This document shows, piece by piece, positions 32,309-41,639 of a DNA stretch of 64,000 bases. Source of the DNA: Candidatus Eiseniibacteriota bacterium (GTDB lineage: Bacteria; Eisenbacteria; RBG-16-71-46; CAIMUX01; VGJL01); NCBI GenBank assembly GCA_963792585.1, contig CAWBWI010000001.1:1536001-1600000 (forward strand), written 5' to 3'. The notes below the pieces were generated by a model, which saw only the letters and a program-made list of their open reading frames with translations, ran no database searches and was not told the DNA's origin. The translations under genes and the position numbers were made by a program. How positions within the stretch are numbered: the first letter of the stretch is position 1; the number at the start of each line of letters is the position of its first letter.

Positions 32309-33222
32309 TCGCCTCCACGATTCTATTCGGCATCCTGAACGTCCTGCTCTGCCTGATCTGCGGTCCGCTCTTCGAGGGGGTATCCCGAAAGTACGTGAAG
32401 GCGAACATCGCCCACGGGCGCAAGGGGCCTCTGACGGGGGCGATGCAACCTTTCTGGGACATCGCGAAGCTGCTCGGGAAGGAAGACCTGGAGACCGGGG
32501 GGACGCTCCAGCGGCTGGCACCGATCCTCTGCATGGCATCGGTCCTGACCGCCGCCCTTCTGACACCCGTCGGCGGACGGCCGCCCTTCGAGTTCGCCGG
32601 GGACTTCATCGTCCTGCTCTATTTCCTGAGCCTGGCTTCCGTCGCCATCATGCTGGGCGCGATGGCGGGGGGCTCGTCGTACACCATGACCGGTGGGCTA
32701 CGGGAGATCATGAGCCTACTGCTCGTCGATCTCGTCGTCGCCGTCTCCTTTCTCACTGTCATGATCAACACCCGCACGCTCCGGATCGGCGACTGGCTCG
32801 CCTGGCAGGGATCGATGGGGCCGAGCTTCTCGATGATCCTGGCCATGATCCCGATCCTGCTCATCCTGCCGGCGCAGTTCGGGAAGATCCCGTTCGATGC
32901 CCCCGAGGCCGAGCAGGAGTTGATGGGCGGACCCTTCTCTGAGATGTCGGGACGCAAGCTGGCGATCTTCAAGTGGGCGCTGTACGCGAAGCAGTTCGTC
33001 GTGAGCGCCCTCTTCGTGCAGGTATTCGTCCCATGGCCGGTCACCGGCCTCCCGGCAGTTGACATCATCCTGACCCTGGTCAAGATCCTGATCGTCTTCA
33101 TCCTCGTCGGCGTCGTCGAGGTGCTGATGCCGAGGCTCAAGATCAATCAGGCATTGCAGTACTACGCCTCCGTCTTCGTGATCGGCGCGATGGCCATCGT
33201 CATGGCGTACCTGGGCGCGTGA
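32305..33222 (+). CDS. hycD: Membrane subunit HycD/HyfC (NuoH-like)
   Basis: GRKGP...QPFWDIAKLLGKE; GKIPFDAPEAEQELMGGPFSEMSG. Confidence 0.9.
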   Translation: MIASTILFGILNVLLCLICGPLFEGVSRKYVKANIAHGRKGPLTGAMQPFWDIAKLLGKEDLETGGTLQRLAPILCMASVLTAALLTPVGGRPPFEFAGDFIVLLYFLSLASVAIMLGAMAGGSSYTMTGGLREIMSLLLVDLVVAVSFLTVMINTRTLRIGDWLAWQGSMGPSFSMILAMIPILLILPAQFGKIPFDAPEAEQELMGGPFSEMSGRKLAIFKWALYAKQFVVSALFVQVFVPWPVTGLPAVDIILTLVKILIVFILVGVVEVLMPRLKINQALQYYASVFVIGAMAIVMAYLGA

Positions 33223-33241
33223 GACCGGAAGAGGTGACGCG

Positions 33242-33679
33242 ATGATCGAGAGCAAGTTTCGGGAGCTGATGATCGCCCTGAGGGGCGGCGTGGTGACGAT
33301 GGATTATCCATTGGGACCGGCGCCGCCTCTGCCGGAGCGGTTCCGGGGAAAGCTCGAACTCGAACTCGGCCGCTGCATCGGCTGCGGCGGCTGCGCCGCC
33401 GTCTGCCCCGCCCGGTTGATCGTCCCCCGCGATCCGGATCCCGCCTGGCGCACGATCGACATCTATCGCGAGCGGTGCACTTATTGCGGCCGGTGCGAGG
33501 ACGTATGTCAGGAGGGGGCGATCCGACTCACCCACGAGTTCGAACTGGCCACGAATGACAAGGCGGATTTGACCGATCACCTGCAGGTCTTCATGGCGAC
33601 GTGCGGGCGTTGCGGGCGCTGTTTCAAGCCCGAGGAACCCCTGGACCGGATCCGGACGACCGGCCGGATCACGGTTTAG
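33242..33679 (+). CDS. hycF: 2x[4Fe-4S] subunit HycF/HyfH (NuoI-like)
   Basis: RFRGK, CIGCGGCAAVCP, CTYCGRCEDVC, extra CGRCGRC. Confidence 0.9.
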   Translation: MIESKFRELMIALRGGVVTMDYPLGPAPPLPERFRGKLELELGRCIGCGGCAAVCPARLIVPRDPDPAWRTIDIYRERCTYCGRCEDVCQEGAIRLTHEFELATNDKADLTDHLQVFMATCGRCGRCFKPEEPLDRIRTTGRITV

Positions 33680-33692
33680 GAAGGAGGAGTCG

Positions 33693-34367
33693 ATGGGCCT
33701 GGCGACGGGCGCAAGCGGGTTGGTGGTCACCCTCATGGTGATCCACCTCCTGGCCTCGATGATCGTGGCCGAGATGAAGAACCTGCGGAGTGCGGTCTAT
33801 GCCCTGGTTCTTCAGTCGCTCACCCTCTGCTTCGTGATCCTCCTCCTGGGCTGGGGCAACGGGTGGATGATCGCGTGGTTCTTCTGGGCGGTGGCGACCA
33901 AGGTCTTCTTCCTTCCCTGGCTCTTCCTCAGAACGATGCGGGTTCTCCCCCAGCGTGAAGAGGCGCCGATCACGGGCGGTTGGGTCTCGTTTGCGGTGGT
34001 TGCGGCATCGGTCCTGGTGATCTACCAGCTGCTGCACACCTACCTCGCGACCCTGGTTCCCACGATGGCGACGGCGGCCGAACCCACCCGTTCGAGCCTC
34101 GCGATGGCATTCACGATTTTCGTCCTCGGCATCTACGTTTGCGTGGCGCGGCGGGACCTGGTGAAGGTGATCATCGGCGTGGTGCTCCTGGAAAACGGAG
34201 CCCACCTGGCGCTCATCTCGCTCGTCCCAGGGCGCGCCGAGACGGCGATCCTCGGGATCGCGACGAACGTCGCCCTCTCGGCCTGGCTGCTCCTCTACTT
34301 CGGGCAGGTCATGTACAGGGTGCTCGGGACCACCGATACCCTCAAACTCTCCGAGCTGAAAAGGTAG
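33693..34367 (+). CDS. hyfE: Membrane subunit HyfE
   Basis: Multi-TM; LVLQS, ATKVFFLP, IIGVVLLENGAHL. Confidence 0.85.
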   Translation: MGLATGASGLVVTLMVIHLLASMIVAEMKNLRSAVYALVLQSLTLCFVILLLGWGNGWMIAWFFWAVATKVFFLPWLFLRTMRVLPQREEAPITGGWVSFAVVAASVLVIYQLLHTYLATLVPTMATAAEPTRSSLAMAFTIFVLGIYVCVARRDLVKVIIGVVLLENGAHLALISLVPGRAETAILGIATNVALSAWLLLYFGQVMYRVLGTTDTLKLSELKR

Positions 34368-34374
34368 GTGCGAC

Positions 34375-35904
34375 GTGGCCGCGTCCAACCTGGAAGTCTC
34401 GTTTCTCCCCCTCCTGGTGGTTGCGATCCCGTTGCTCTTCGGCTGCTTGTTGCTCCTGATGCGCCGCAGCGGCGGCAGGTATCACGGCCCGATCGCGTTG
34501 ATCGGCTTGAGCCTGACGTCCGTCGTGGCCCTGGGGATCGTGATCGAGGTCGGCAGGGGGCGCATCCTGACTTTGTGGGGGCAGAACTTCTACGTCGACG
34601 GACTGAGCGCCCTCATGCTGGTTCTCTCTTCGGGAATCGGGCTCGCGGTAGCCGTCTACTCGATCCCGTTCATTCCGACACGGCTTCTCGAGGCAGGCGA
34701 CACGGGCCGCAGGCTGTCGACGTACTACGGGCAGCTCCTGATCTTCCTGGCGATGATGAACTGGACATGCAGCACGAACAACATCGTGATGCTCTACGTG
34801 TCGCTGGAGCTCACGACTCTGGCGACCGCATTCCTTGTCATCTTCTACGGGAAACGCTCGAGTATCGAGGCCGGGTACAAGTACCTGATGCTGGTCACCG
34901 TGGGGATCCTGTGCGCCCTGATGGGCGTCGCGCTCATCTATTCCGCCGCGGCCGGGCTTCCCGGGGCGGAGACCCAGGGTCTTCACCTGCTCTGGATCTC
35001 GGACCTCGCCAAGGTGGCGCCGAAGATGGCCCCGAGCCTGGTCTTGCTCGCGAACGCGTTCCTGATCGCCGGATTCGGCACGAAGGCGGGGCTCGTCCCC
35101 TTCCATGCGTGGCTGCCCGACGCCCACGCCGAGGCCCCCGAACCGATCAGTGCGCTTCTCTCCGGGATCGTGATCAAGGTCGGCGCCTACGCGCTCGCCC
35201 GCACCATCACGATCTTCTCCCCGTCGTTCAACGCAATCGTGATCTTCGTGGCGATCATCGCCTCGGCAAGCATGATCTTCGGGATCCTGATGGCCCTGGT
35301 TCAGGACGACCTGAAGCGGATGCTCGCCTACTCGAGCGTGAGCCAGATCGGCTACATCGTGGAGGGACTCGGCCTCGGAACCTACCTCGGCCTCTACGGA
35401 GGACTCTTCCACCTCGTCAACCACACGCTGATCAAGGCGGAGATCTTCCTCGCCACCGGCGCGATCGTCTACGTCGCCGGAACGCGGAAAATCTCTCAGC
35501 TTGGCGGACTCGGGAGGAGGGCGCCGATCACCGGCGCGTGCTTCCTCGTCGGCGCGCTGGCGATCGGCGGGTTGCCGCCGTTCGGGGCGTTCATGAGCAA
35601 GTTCACGCTCTTCATCGCCGCGGCGGAACGGGGACTGATGTGGGCGGCCGTGATCGCGGTCTTCACGGGGCTCCTGACCGTCGCCTGTTTCGTGCGCGCG
35701 GCCTACAAGATCTTCTGGGGCGAGATCGCCCCGAACAGCGAGATGATCGTCGACGAGGTGGGCGAGGTTCCGCCTCTGATGTGGGGTGCGATGGCCGCGA
35801 TCGCGGTCGTGATCCTCACGCTCGGCGTCTACCCGCGGGTCGCCTATCCACTGCTCGACAATGCGACGCGCTGTATCCTGCGCGTGCTCGGCGGCACGGC
35901 GTAA
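34375..35904 (+). CDS. hyfF: Antiporter-like membrane subunit HyfF
   Basis: LELTTLATAFLV, EAGYKYL, GFGTKAGLVPFHAWLPDAHAEAP, KRMLAYSS. Confidence 0.85.
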   Translation: MAASNLEVSFLPLLVVAIPLLFGCLLLLMRRSGGRYHGPIALIGLSLTSVVALGIVIEVGRGRILTLWGQNFYVDGLSALMLVLSSGIGLAVAVYSIPFIPTRLLEAGDTGRRLSTYYGQLLIFLAMMNWTCSTNNIVMLYVSLELTTLATAFLVIFYGKRSSIEAGYKYLMLVTVGILCALMGVALIYSAAAGLPGAETQGLHLLWISDLAKVAPKMAPSLVLLANAFLIAGFGTKAGLVPFHAWLPDAHAEAPEPISALLSGIVIKVGAYALARTITIFSPSFNAIVIFVAIIASASMIFGILMALVQDDLKRMLAYSSVSQIGYIVEGLGLGTYLGLYGGLFHLVNHTLIKAEIFLATGAIVYVAGTRKISQLGGLGRRAPITGACFLVGALAIGGLPPFGAFMSKFTLFIAAAERGLMWAAVIAVFTGLLTVACFVRAAYKIFWGEIAPNSEMIVDEVGEVPPLMWGAMAAIAVVILTLGVYPRVAYPLLDNATRCILRVLGGTA

Positions 35905-35915
35905 GGAGGTGTGCT

Positions 35916-36419
35916 TTGTTCCGGATGCTCTATCAGAAGGCGTTCCCCAAGGCGTTGTGGGCATTCCACGCGAACTGCGGAGCCTGCAACGGATGCGACA
36001 TCGAGGTGATCAACGTGCTCACCCCGTACTATGACGCGGAGCGTTTCGGCATCAAGTTGGTCGCATCTCCCCGTCACGCCGACGTGATCGTCGTCAGTGG
36101 TCCGGTGACCCGGCAGGTCGCCCCCGCCCTGCGCAGGCTCTACGAGGCGACGCCGGATCCGAAGATCGTCCTGGCGGTAGGTTCCTGCGCAGTCGGAGGC
36201 GGGATGTGGTTCGACACCTACGCGACCCTCGGGGGAGTCGACCAGGTGCTCCCCGTCGACTACCACATCCCCGGTTGCCCGCCCCGTCCGGAGGCGATCC
36301 TGCACGGAGTCGCGGTGGCGCTCGGCCTCGCCCCCAAGAAGGTCTCGGGAAAGACGGAGAAGCAGGAACTGATGCCCGATCCGCCCGCGGAGAAGGCGCA
36401 TGGGGGGGCGTCGCGATGA
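35916..36419 (+). CDS. hycG: Group 4 hydrogenase small subunit HycG/HyfI (NuoB-like), TTG start
   Basis: AGGAGG 6 nt before TTG; CGACNGCDIE, SPRHAD, GSCA, IPGCPPRP. Confidence 0.92.
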   Translation: MFRMLYQKAFPKALWAFHANCGACNGCDIEVINVLTPYYDAERFGIKLVASPRHADVIVVSGPVTRQVAPALRRLYEATPDPKIVLAVGSCAVGGGMWFDTYATLGGVDQVLPVDYHIPGCPPRPEAILHGVAVALGLAPKKVSGKTEKQELMPDPPAEKAHGGASR

Positions 36420-37288
36420 GACCACGGATTCCGTGGGTGGTCATGATGGCGATCCCCGGCCTCTTCGGGATCGCCGGTCTGCTCGCGGGCGCCGGGTGCG
36501 GCCACCAGACGTCGTCCCCTCGACCGATCACGGTCAAGGTGATGGTCCTCCCCGACTACTCGCTCAATGTCATGGCCGCGCGGGTCGCGCCGCTCATCGC
36601 GCACCTGCAGAAATCCCTCGGCCCCCGTTACCGGGTCGAGTGGATCTCCTGCCCGTCGCCGGAGGCCTTCATGGCGACAGTGGAAAGGGAACGTCCCGAC
36701 GTGAGCCTGCAGGACGCTTTCCAGACCGCCTGGCTCATCCGCCTGCAGCAGGCCGAACCGATCCTGGGCGTGTTGATGCCCGACGGTGAGGGACGAACCC
36801 GAGGTCTGGTGATCACGGCAGCCGACGGAGACGTGCGCACGCTCGCGGACCTCGCCGGGAAGCGCGTCGCCATTGCCTCGCGGCGATCCTATCTGGGTTA
36901 CATCGCCCAGGCATCCATGATGGAGGCAACCGCGAACGTCCACGCCGGGTCGATCCACTTCGTGCCGGTTCGCTGGTCGGACCGGGTCGGGACCTGCATG
37001 GAACAGGGACGGGTCGAGGCGGGGTTCGTTTCCGAAGCGGACCTGGTCCCCCGCGCGCGCGTCCTGGCGCGGACCGAGCCGGTCCCCGCGTCCTGCGTCG
37101 CCACCTTTCCTCACACATCCGGGGAAGTCGCCGACGGCGTGAGACGGGCGCTGCAGGAGTTGGGCACGGGAGGGGTGGAGAACATCTCCGTCCTGCGGGG
37201 GCTCGGCATCCGAGGGTTCACGCCGATCGATGCTCAAGAGCGCGCGACGATCGTCCGTCTCGCCGAGAACGCGTCCGTTCCCTACTGA
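36416..37288 (+). CDS. PhnD/SsuA-like solute-binding lipoprotein
   Basis: Lipobox-like LLAGAGC; TLADLAGKRVAIAS..SYLGY; VLARTEPVP. Confidence 0.75.
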   Translation: MRPRIPWVVMMAIPGLFGIAGLLAGAGCGHQTSSPRPITVKVMVLPDYSLNVMAARVAPLIAHLQKSLGPRYRVEWISCPSPEAFMATVERERPDVSLQDAFQTAWLIRLQQAEPILGVLMPDGEGRTRGLVITAADGDVRTLADLAGKRVAIASRRSYLGYIAQASMMEATANVHAGSIHFVPVRWSDRVGTCMEQGRVEAGFVSEADLVPRARVLARTEPVPASCVATFPHTSGEVADGVRRALQELGTGGVENISVLRGLGIRGFTPIDAQERATIVRLAENASVPY

Positions 37289-37310
37289 GGACGGACGGGA
37301 GGATACCGTC

Positions 37311-37721
37311 ATGGCCGAAGGAGCGAAGATCCTGGTGATCGAGGATGACCCCGACTACCGCGCGGTGCTCGAGGAGATCCTCACGTCGGGCGGATATCGC
37401 GTCGTGACCGCATCCTCGGGAGAGGAAGGACTCCGGCGCGTCATGGAAGAGCGCCCCGACCTGATCATTCTCGACGTCATGATGGAGCGGACGATCAGCG
37501 GTTTCGAGGTGGCCAAGAAGATCAAGAACCTCTCGCCCGGCTCGCCGTATGCGGAGTTCGCACGCGTGCCGATCCTGATCCTGACCGCGATCCACCAGTC
37601 GACGATCTTCCGATTCCAGCCCGATGACGACTTCCTCCCCGTCGAGGCCTTCATGGAAAAGCCCCCCATCCGCGGCGAGGTCCTGAAGCAGGTGCGCGCC
37701 CTGCTGGCCGCTCCCCGATAG
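37311..37721 (+). CDS. Single-domain response regulator
   Basis: ILVIEDD, PDLIILDVMM, ILILTA, MEKP. Confidence 0.92.
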   Translation: MAEGAKILVIEDDPDYRAVLEEILTSGGYRVVTASSGEEGLRRVMEERPDLIILDVMMERTISGFEVAKKIKNLSPGSPYAEFARVPILILTAIHQSTIFRFQPDDDFLPVEAFMEKPPIRGEVLKQVRALLAAPR

Positions 37722-37729
37722 AGGGAACG

Positions 37730-39091
37730 ATGCACCGCATTCTCCCGGTCGAGCAGGCGCTCCTGGACCGGGCACGATGGCTGATTCGATTGCGCTGGAT
37801 CGCGGCCATCGGCGCGGCCGCGATGATCTACATCTGCGTCGCCGTGTTTCATCTTCAACTTCCACGCGTCCCGCTCACCCTCACCGTCCTGTGGATCACC
37901 GCATACAATACGTTCTTCGCACTCCAGCATCGTCGCGACGGGCCTCCACCGCTGGAGTACCTCTCCCCCTATCGATCGATCCTCCGCTCGTTCAATGCGC
38001 AAATCGCCCTAGACTGGACCGCCCTCGCGCTCCTCCTGCACTATTCGGGAGGCCTCGAGAACCCCTTCATCCTGTACTTCATCTTCCACGCGATCCTGGC
38101 CAGCATGCTCCTCCCCCGCCGCGCCTGCTTCGTGCACGCCACGCTCGCGATCCTCCTCGTGAGCGCGATGGGGATCGCCGAGTTCTACGGCAGCATCCCT
38201 CATGTGTCCCTGTTCAACGGCCCGGTCATCGGCACGCCGCTTCTGCTCTATGGGGAGCTCTTCGCCTTCGCAACGACCATCATGATCGCCGTATTCCTGA
38301 CCTCGGAGATCTCCTCGCTCCTGCGCAAGCGCGAGGAGGAGATGGCGATGCTCGAAGAGTCGCTTCGACAGGCGAATGAGGCCCTGATGGACAACGATCG
38401 GATTCGATCGGAGTACGTCCTTCGCGTGTCCCATGACCTTCAGTCTCCACTCGCGGCGTCGTACAGCATGCTTGATCTCGTCCTGACGACGATGTCGGAG
38501 ACGATGTCCGAGAAGGCGCGCGACTTCATCGGGCGGAGCCTCGAACGCCTCCAGGCCCTCCTTCGCTTCGCGCGCGGGATCCACGAGATCTCCCGGATCC
38601 GCGCCGCACGTTCGCTCGCCAGTGAGCCGCTCGGGCTGCGATCGGTCGTACAGGCCGCCACGGAGGAGGTGCTGTCGCAGCCGCGCGATCGGAAGGTCGA
38701 CCTGACGATCGATGTTCCCCCGACCGTCTCGTTCGTCCTCGGTGACCGGAACCACCTGCGGACGGCGCTCGTGGAATTGATTGCCAACGCCGCCCAGTAC
38801 GCGGCGGTGGCCGTGCGGATCACGGTTCGGGCCCGGGTGGTCGACGGTTCTGTGGAGGTCGAGGTCGAGGACACGGGAATCGGCATTCCCGCCGAGGAGA
38901 TTCCACGGATCTTCGAGGAATTCTATCGGGGCAATCTGGCGAAGGAACTGCAGCCCCGCGGCTGGGGGCTCGGGCTTACATTGGTCAAGCTGATCGTCGA
39001 CCGCCACAACGGGACGATCCGCGTGGCGAGCGAACCGGGGCAGGGTACGCGCGTCTCATTCACCCTGCCCGCGTTTCGAAACGGCGGCTGA
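37730..39091 (+). CDS. Multi-TM sensor histidine kinase
   Basis: LIRLRW, SGGLENPF membrane domain; SHDLQSPL; NAAQY; DTGIGI; GLGL. Confidence 0.9.
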   Translation: MHRILPVEQALLDRARWLIRLRWIAAIGAAAMIYICVAVFHLQLPRVPLTLTVLWITAYNTFFALQHRRDGPPPLEYLSPYRSILRSFNAQIALDWTALALLLHYSGGLENPFILYFIFHAILASMLLPRRACFVHATLAILLVSAMGIAEFYGSIPHVSLFNGPVIGTPLLLYGELFAFATTIMIAVFLTSEISSLLRKREEEMAMLEESLRQANEALMDNDRIRSEYVLRVSHDLQSPLAASYSMLDLVLTTMSETMSEKARDFIGRSLERLQALLRFARGIHEISRIRAARSLASEPLGLRSVVQAATEEVLSQPRDRKVDLTIDVPPTVSFVLGDRNHLRTALVELIANAAQYAAVAVRITVRARVVDGSVEVEVEDTGIGIPAEEIPRIFEEFYRGNLAKELQPRGWGLGLTLVKLIVDRHNGTIRVASEPGQGTRVSFTLPAFRNGG

Positions 39092-39100
39092 ACCGAATCC

Positions 39101-40864
39101 CTAGCGGATCTGCAAAACCTTCTCCGCCCCACCGCCTCCCGCAACACGGATCAGATAGAGCCCCGGTGGAACGGAGCGACCTTCCGCGTCGCGCCCGTCC
39201 CATAGCGCGCCCGTCGATCCCGGGCTGAGAGGCAGCGCGCGTACCCGCCTACCGCTCGGATCGATGATCTCGATCGTCGTCGCGCGCGAGACGGGGGCAT
39301 CGAAATCGATCCTGACCTCGCCCGCCGCGGGATTGGGTCGGATCCGAAGCGGGGCGCCGCTCGATACGGGAGGATCCTCCGCCTCCGAAGGTCGCAAGGG
39401 CAGTGTCTCCTGCCGCTGGCAGAAGTGACTGACGCCGATGAACGGATGCTGGAGCACGTCGTTGATCTCCCCGCTGGGATTCCCGATCCAGAGTGTGAAG
39501 ATGAGGCGATCGTCGTCGGCTGTCCCGGCCACGTCGGCCAACCCCGCCGGGTAGCCCGGCGCCTCCGCCGGCAGCGAGGGCAGGGCGAAGCCGCGCAGCC
39601 CGGCCGGAATCGCGATCTTCCAGAGATTCTGCACCTGAACGGTCGTGTCGGTGGGCTCGGTCGGACCTAGCCTGATCGTGGCCAATGCCCATGTCGGGGC
39701 CGGCTCCGTCCCGCCATGGACGGTGTTCCAGGCAAATCGCGCCCCGGACCGGGTCACGACCGGAAGATCGTATAGGTCGCCGATCGTCTTCGTCGCCGGC
39801 AAGGTGATGGGTGTGCGATCGATCTTCCCCGTGCCGAACGCCTGGTAGGCGGACGAGTCCTGCCAGCCGCCCGCGCAGAACGGGACGGCATCGATCATGT
39901 CGCCGGACGGCGCGAGCGAGACCAAGGGAACCGAGTCGGACTCATCGGCGAGCACCCAGTCGATGTCGTAACCCACGACCATCTCGCTGCCATCCTGCAT
40001 GCCCAGGCTGCCCAGGCTCGTGCCGGTGACCCTCGCGCCGTTCGGAGCACCGAGGACGCGCACGGTCAGCCGGTTGGAGAGGCTGTTGAAGTCGGAATTA
40101 ATGTCGAGATCGAGGCCGTTGCCGACCGCGCGGTCGCGCTCGGCGCCGAACTCCCGGACCTGCGCCGCGTGGATCAGATCGCCGCCCGGCGGCGGGTTGA
40201 TCAGGGCGTCGACGGGAACTCGGGCGGTGACGGCATAGAGATCCTGCGTGGTTTGCGCCGGCAAATCGATATTGTAAATGGGTTTCGAGATCGTGACGAA
40301 TTCCTGCTGCGTGGGGATGGAGATGTTGCCCGGAAGCGCGACCCAACCCACGAGGGGTACGTTCATCGAATCCGGAGGCGCGAAGTATGGAACGCTTCCC
40401 CCGCCGAGGAACTGATCCACGGAGACCGATGGCAGAACGATGGCGACATCGAGGTTGCCGTCATTGGGGTCGGTGGAGATGTTGGTGACCCTGCCGGTGA
40501 CACGCGCCGCCGGACCGTAGAGCGTCGTGTCGGGAATGAGCGGATAGAGCGGGACCTGCAGGGAGGCCTCGGCCGTCTCGATCACGGCCGAGTAGCCGTA
40601 GGTCGAAGCGCCTGCCGTGACCGTCTGCGGGCCGACGATCGCCGGGTGTTGAAAGACGATGGTTCCTGTCGGCGGGGTGATCCCCGTGTTGCCCGGGAAC
40701 GGGATTCCCTTTCCCGGACCGACCATGACGAACGCGCCGGAAATCGGCTGCCGGCTCCGTGCGTCGATCACGGTCACCTGGATGGTGCCCGAATGGACGG
40801 CCGAAGTGACGGACGCCAGCAGCAGGAGCGACAACGCGACGCGGCGAATCGTCCGGTGGGTCAT
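39101..40864 (-). CDS. Secreted Ig-like-domain protein with FlgD-Ig/T9SS-like C-terminal domain
   Basis: GGAGG RBS, signal peptide; tail RPNP...DPSGRRVR...WDGRDAEGRSVPPGLYLIR. Confidence 0.8.
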   Translation of the reverse strand: MTHRTIRRVALSLLLLASVTSAVHSGTIQVTVIDARSRQPISGAFVMVGPGKGIPFPGNTGITPPTGTIVFQHPAIVGPQTVTAGASTYGYSAVIETAEASLQVPLYPLIPDTTLYGPAARVTGRVTNISTDPNDGNLDVAIVLPSVSVDQFLGGGSVPYFAPPDSMNVPLVGWVALPGNISIPTQQEFVTISKPIYNIDLPAQTTQDLYAVTARVPVDALINPPPGGDLIHAAQVREFGAERDRAVGNGLDLDINSDFNSLSNRLTVRVLGAPNGARVTGTSLGSLGMQDGSEMVVGYDIDWVLADESDSVPLVSLAPSGDMIDAVPFCAGGWQDSSAYQAFGTGKIDRTPITLPATKTIGDLYDLPVVTRSGARFAWNTVHGGTEPAPTWALATIRLGPTEPTDTTVQVQNLWKIAIPAGLRGFALPSLPAEAPGYPAGLADVAGTADDDRLIFTLWIGNPSGEINDVLQHPFIGVSHFCQRQETLPLRPSEAEDPPVSSGAPLRIRPNPAAGEVRIDFDAPVSRATTIEIIDPSGRRVRALPLSPGSTGALWDGRDAEGRSVPPGLYLIRVAGGGGAEKVLQIR

Positions 40865-40988
40865 GATGGGTATCCTCCAGGCCCGGGCGGGCCGATGCAT
40901 GCGGACGGTGGGGGCGTCGGTCCCCCGGTCACTCGGCACACGGTATTCTACGGGGCGCTCGGCTGTGGAGGCCAGTCGATTTCCGGAC

Positions 40989-41639
40989 TCAGCGGGCCTG
41001 GGGCCGACGCGCGATCAGATTCGCGAAGGAGACGTACTGCGCCCGTCGGGGGCTGTAGACGATCGACTCCCCGTATTCGAGCAGCGTCCACTCGCGGTAG
41101 AGGTGCTTCAGCTCCCGGTGGTCGAGGCAGTAGACATCCTGATCCCGCCTCCAGTCGACTTCCTCGCGCGTGAACATCCCGATCACGTTCCATCCGCCGG
41201 GGCGCGTGTGGGATCGGATCTCCCCCAGCACCCGACGAGCGTCGTCGCCCACGAATTGAACCGAGTTGTTCGCAAAGACGACGTCGTACTCGCCGTTCCA
41301 GTCGAAGCGTCCGAGATCCCCTTCCGCAACCTTCGCGGAGAGGCCGGCCTGATCGATCGCGCGGCGGGTCCGCTCGACGCCCATTGGCGAGCCGTCGATC
41401 GCCTCGACCTCGAAACCGAGGCCGGCGAAGAAGGCGACATCCCGCCCTTCTCCGCATCCGAGATCGAGCAGTCTGCCTACGGTCGGGATCTCCATCAGAC
41501 GGAAGAAGTGCAGCAGCCGGCGGGCGAGGGTGCTCGGCTCGTCTCCGAAGAACCAACCCGGCTCGTGCTCACGGAAGCTCTCCTCCCAGAAGCGGGCGCC
41601 CTTCGGAATCGAGCCGGCATCACGCGGCGCGTCCATCAA
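40989..41639 (-). CDS. Class I SAM-dependent methyltransferase (TehB-like)
   Basis: LLDLGCGEGRD, AIDGS, YDVVF, TRPGG. Confidence 0.88.
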   Translation of the reverse strand: MMDAPRDAGSIPKGARFWEESFREHEPGWFFGDEPSTLARRLLHFFRLMEIPTVGRLLDLGCGEGRDVAFFAGLGFEVEAIDGSPMGVERTRRAIDQAGLSAKVAEGDLGRFDWNGEYDVVFANNSVQFVGDDARRVLGEIRSHTRPGGWNVIGMFTREEVDWRRDQDVYCLDHRELKHLYREWTLLEYGESIVYSPRRAQYVSFANLIARRPQAR

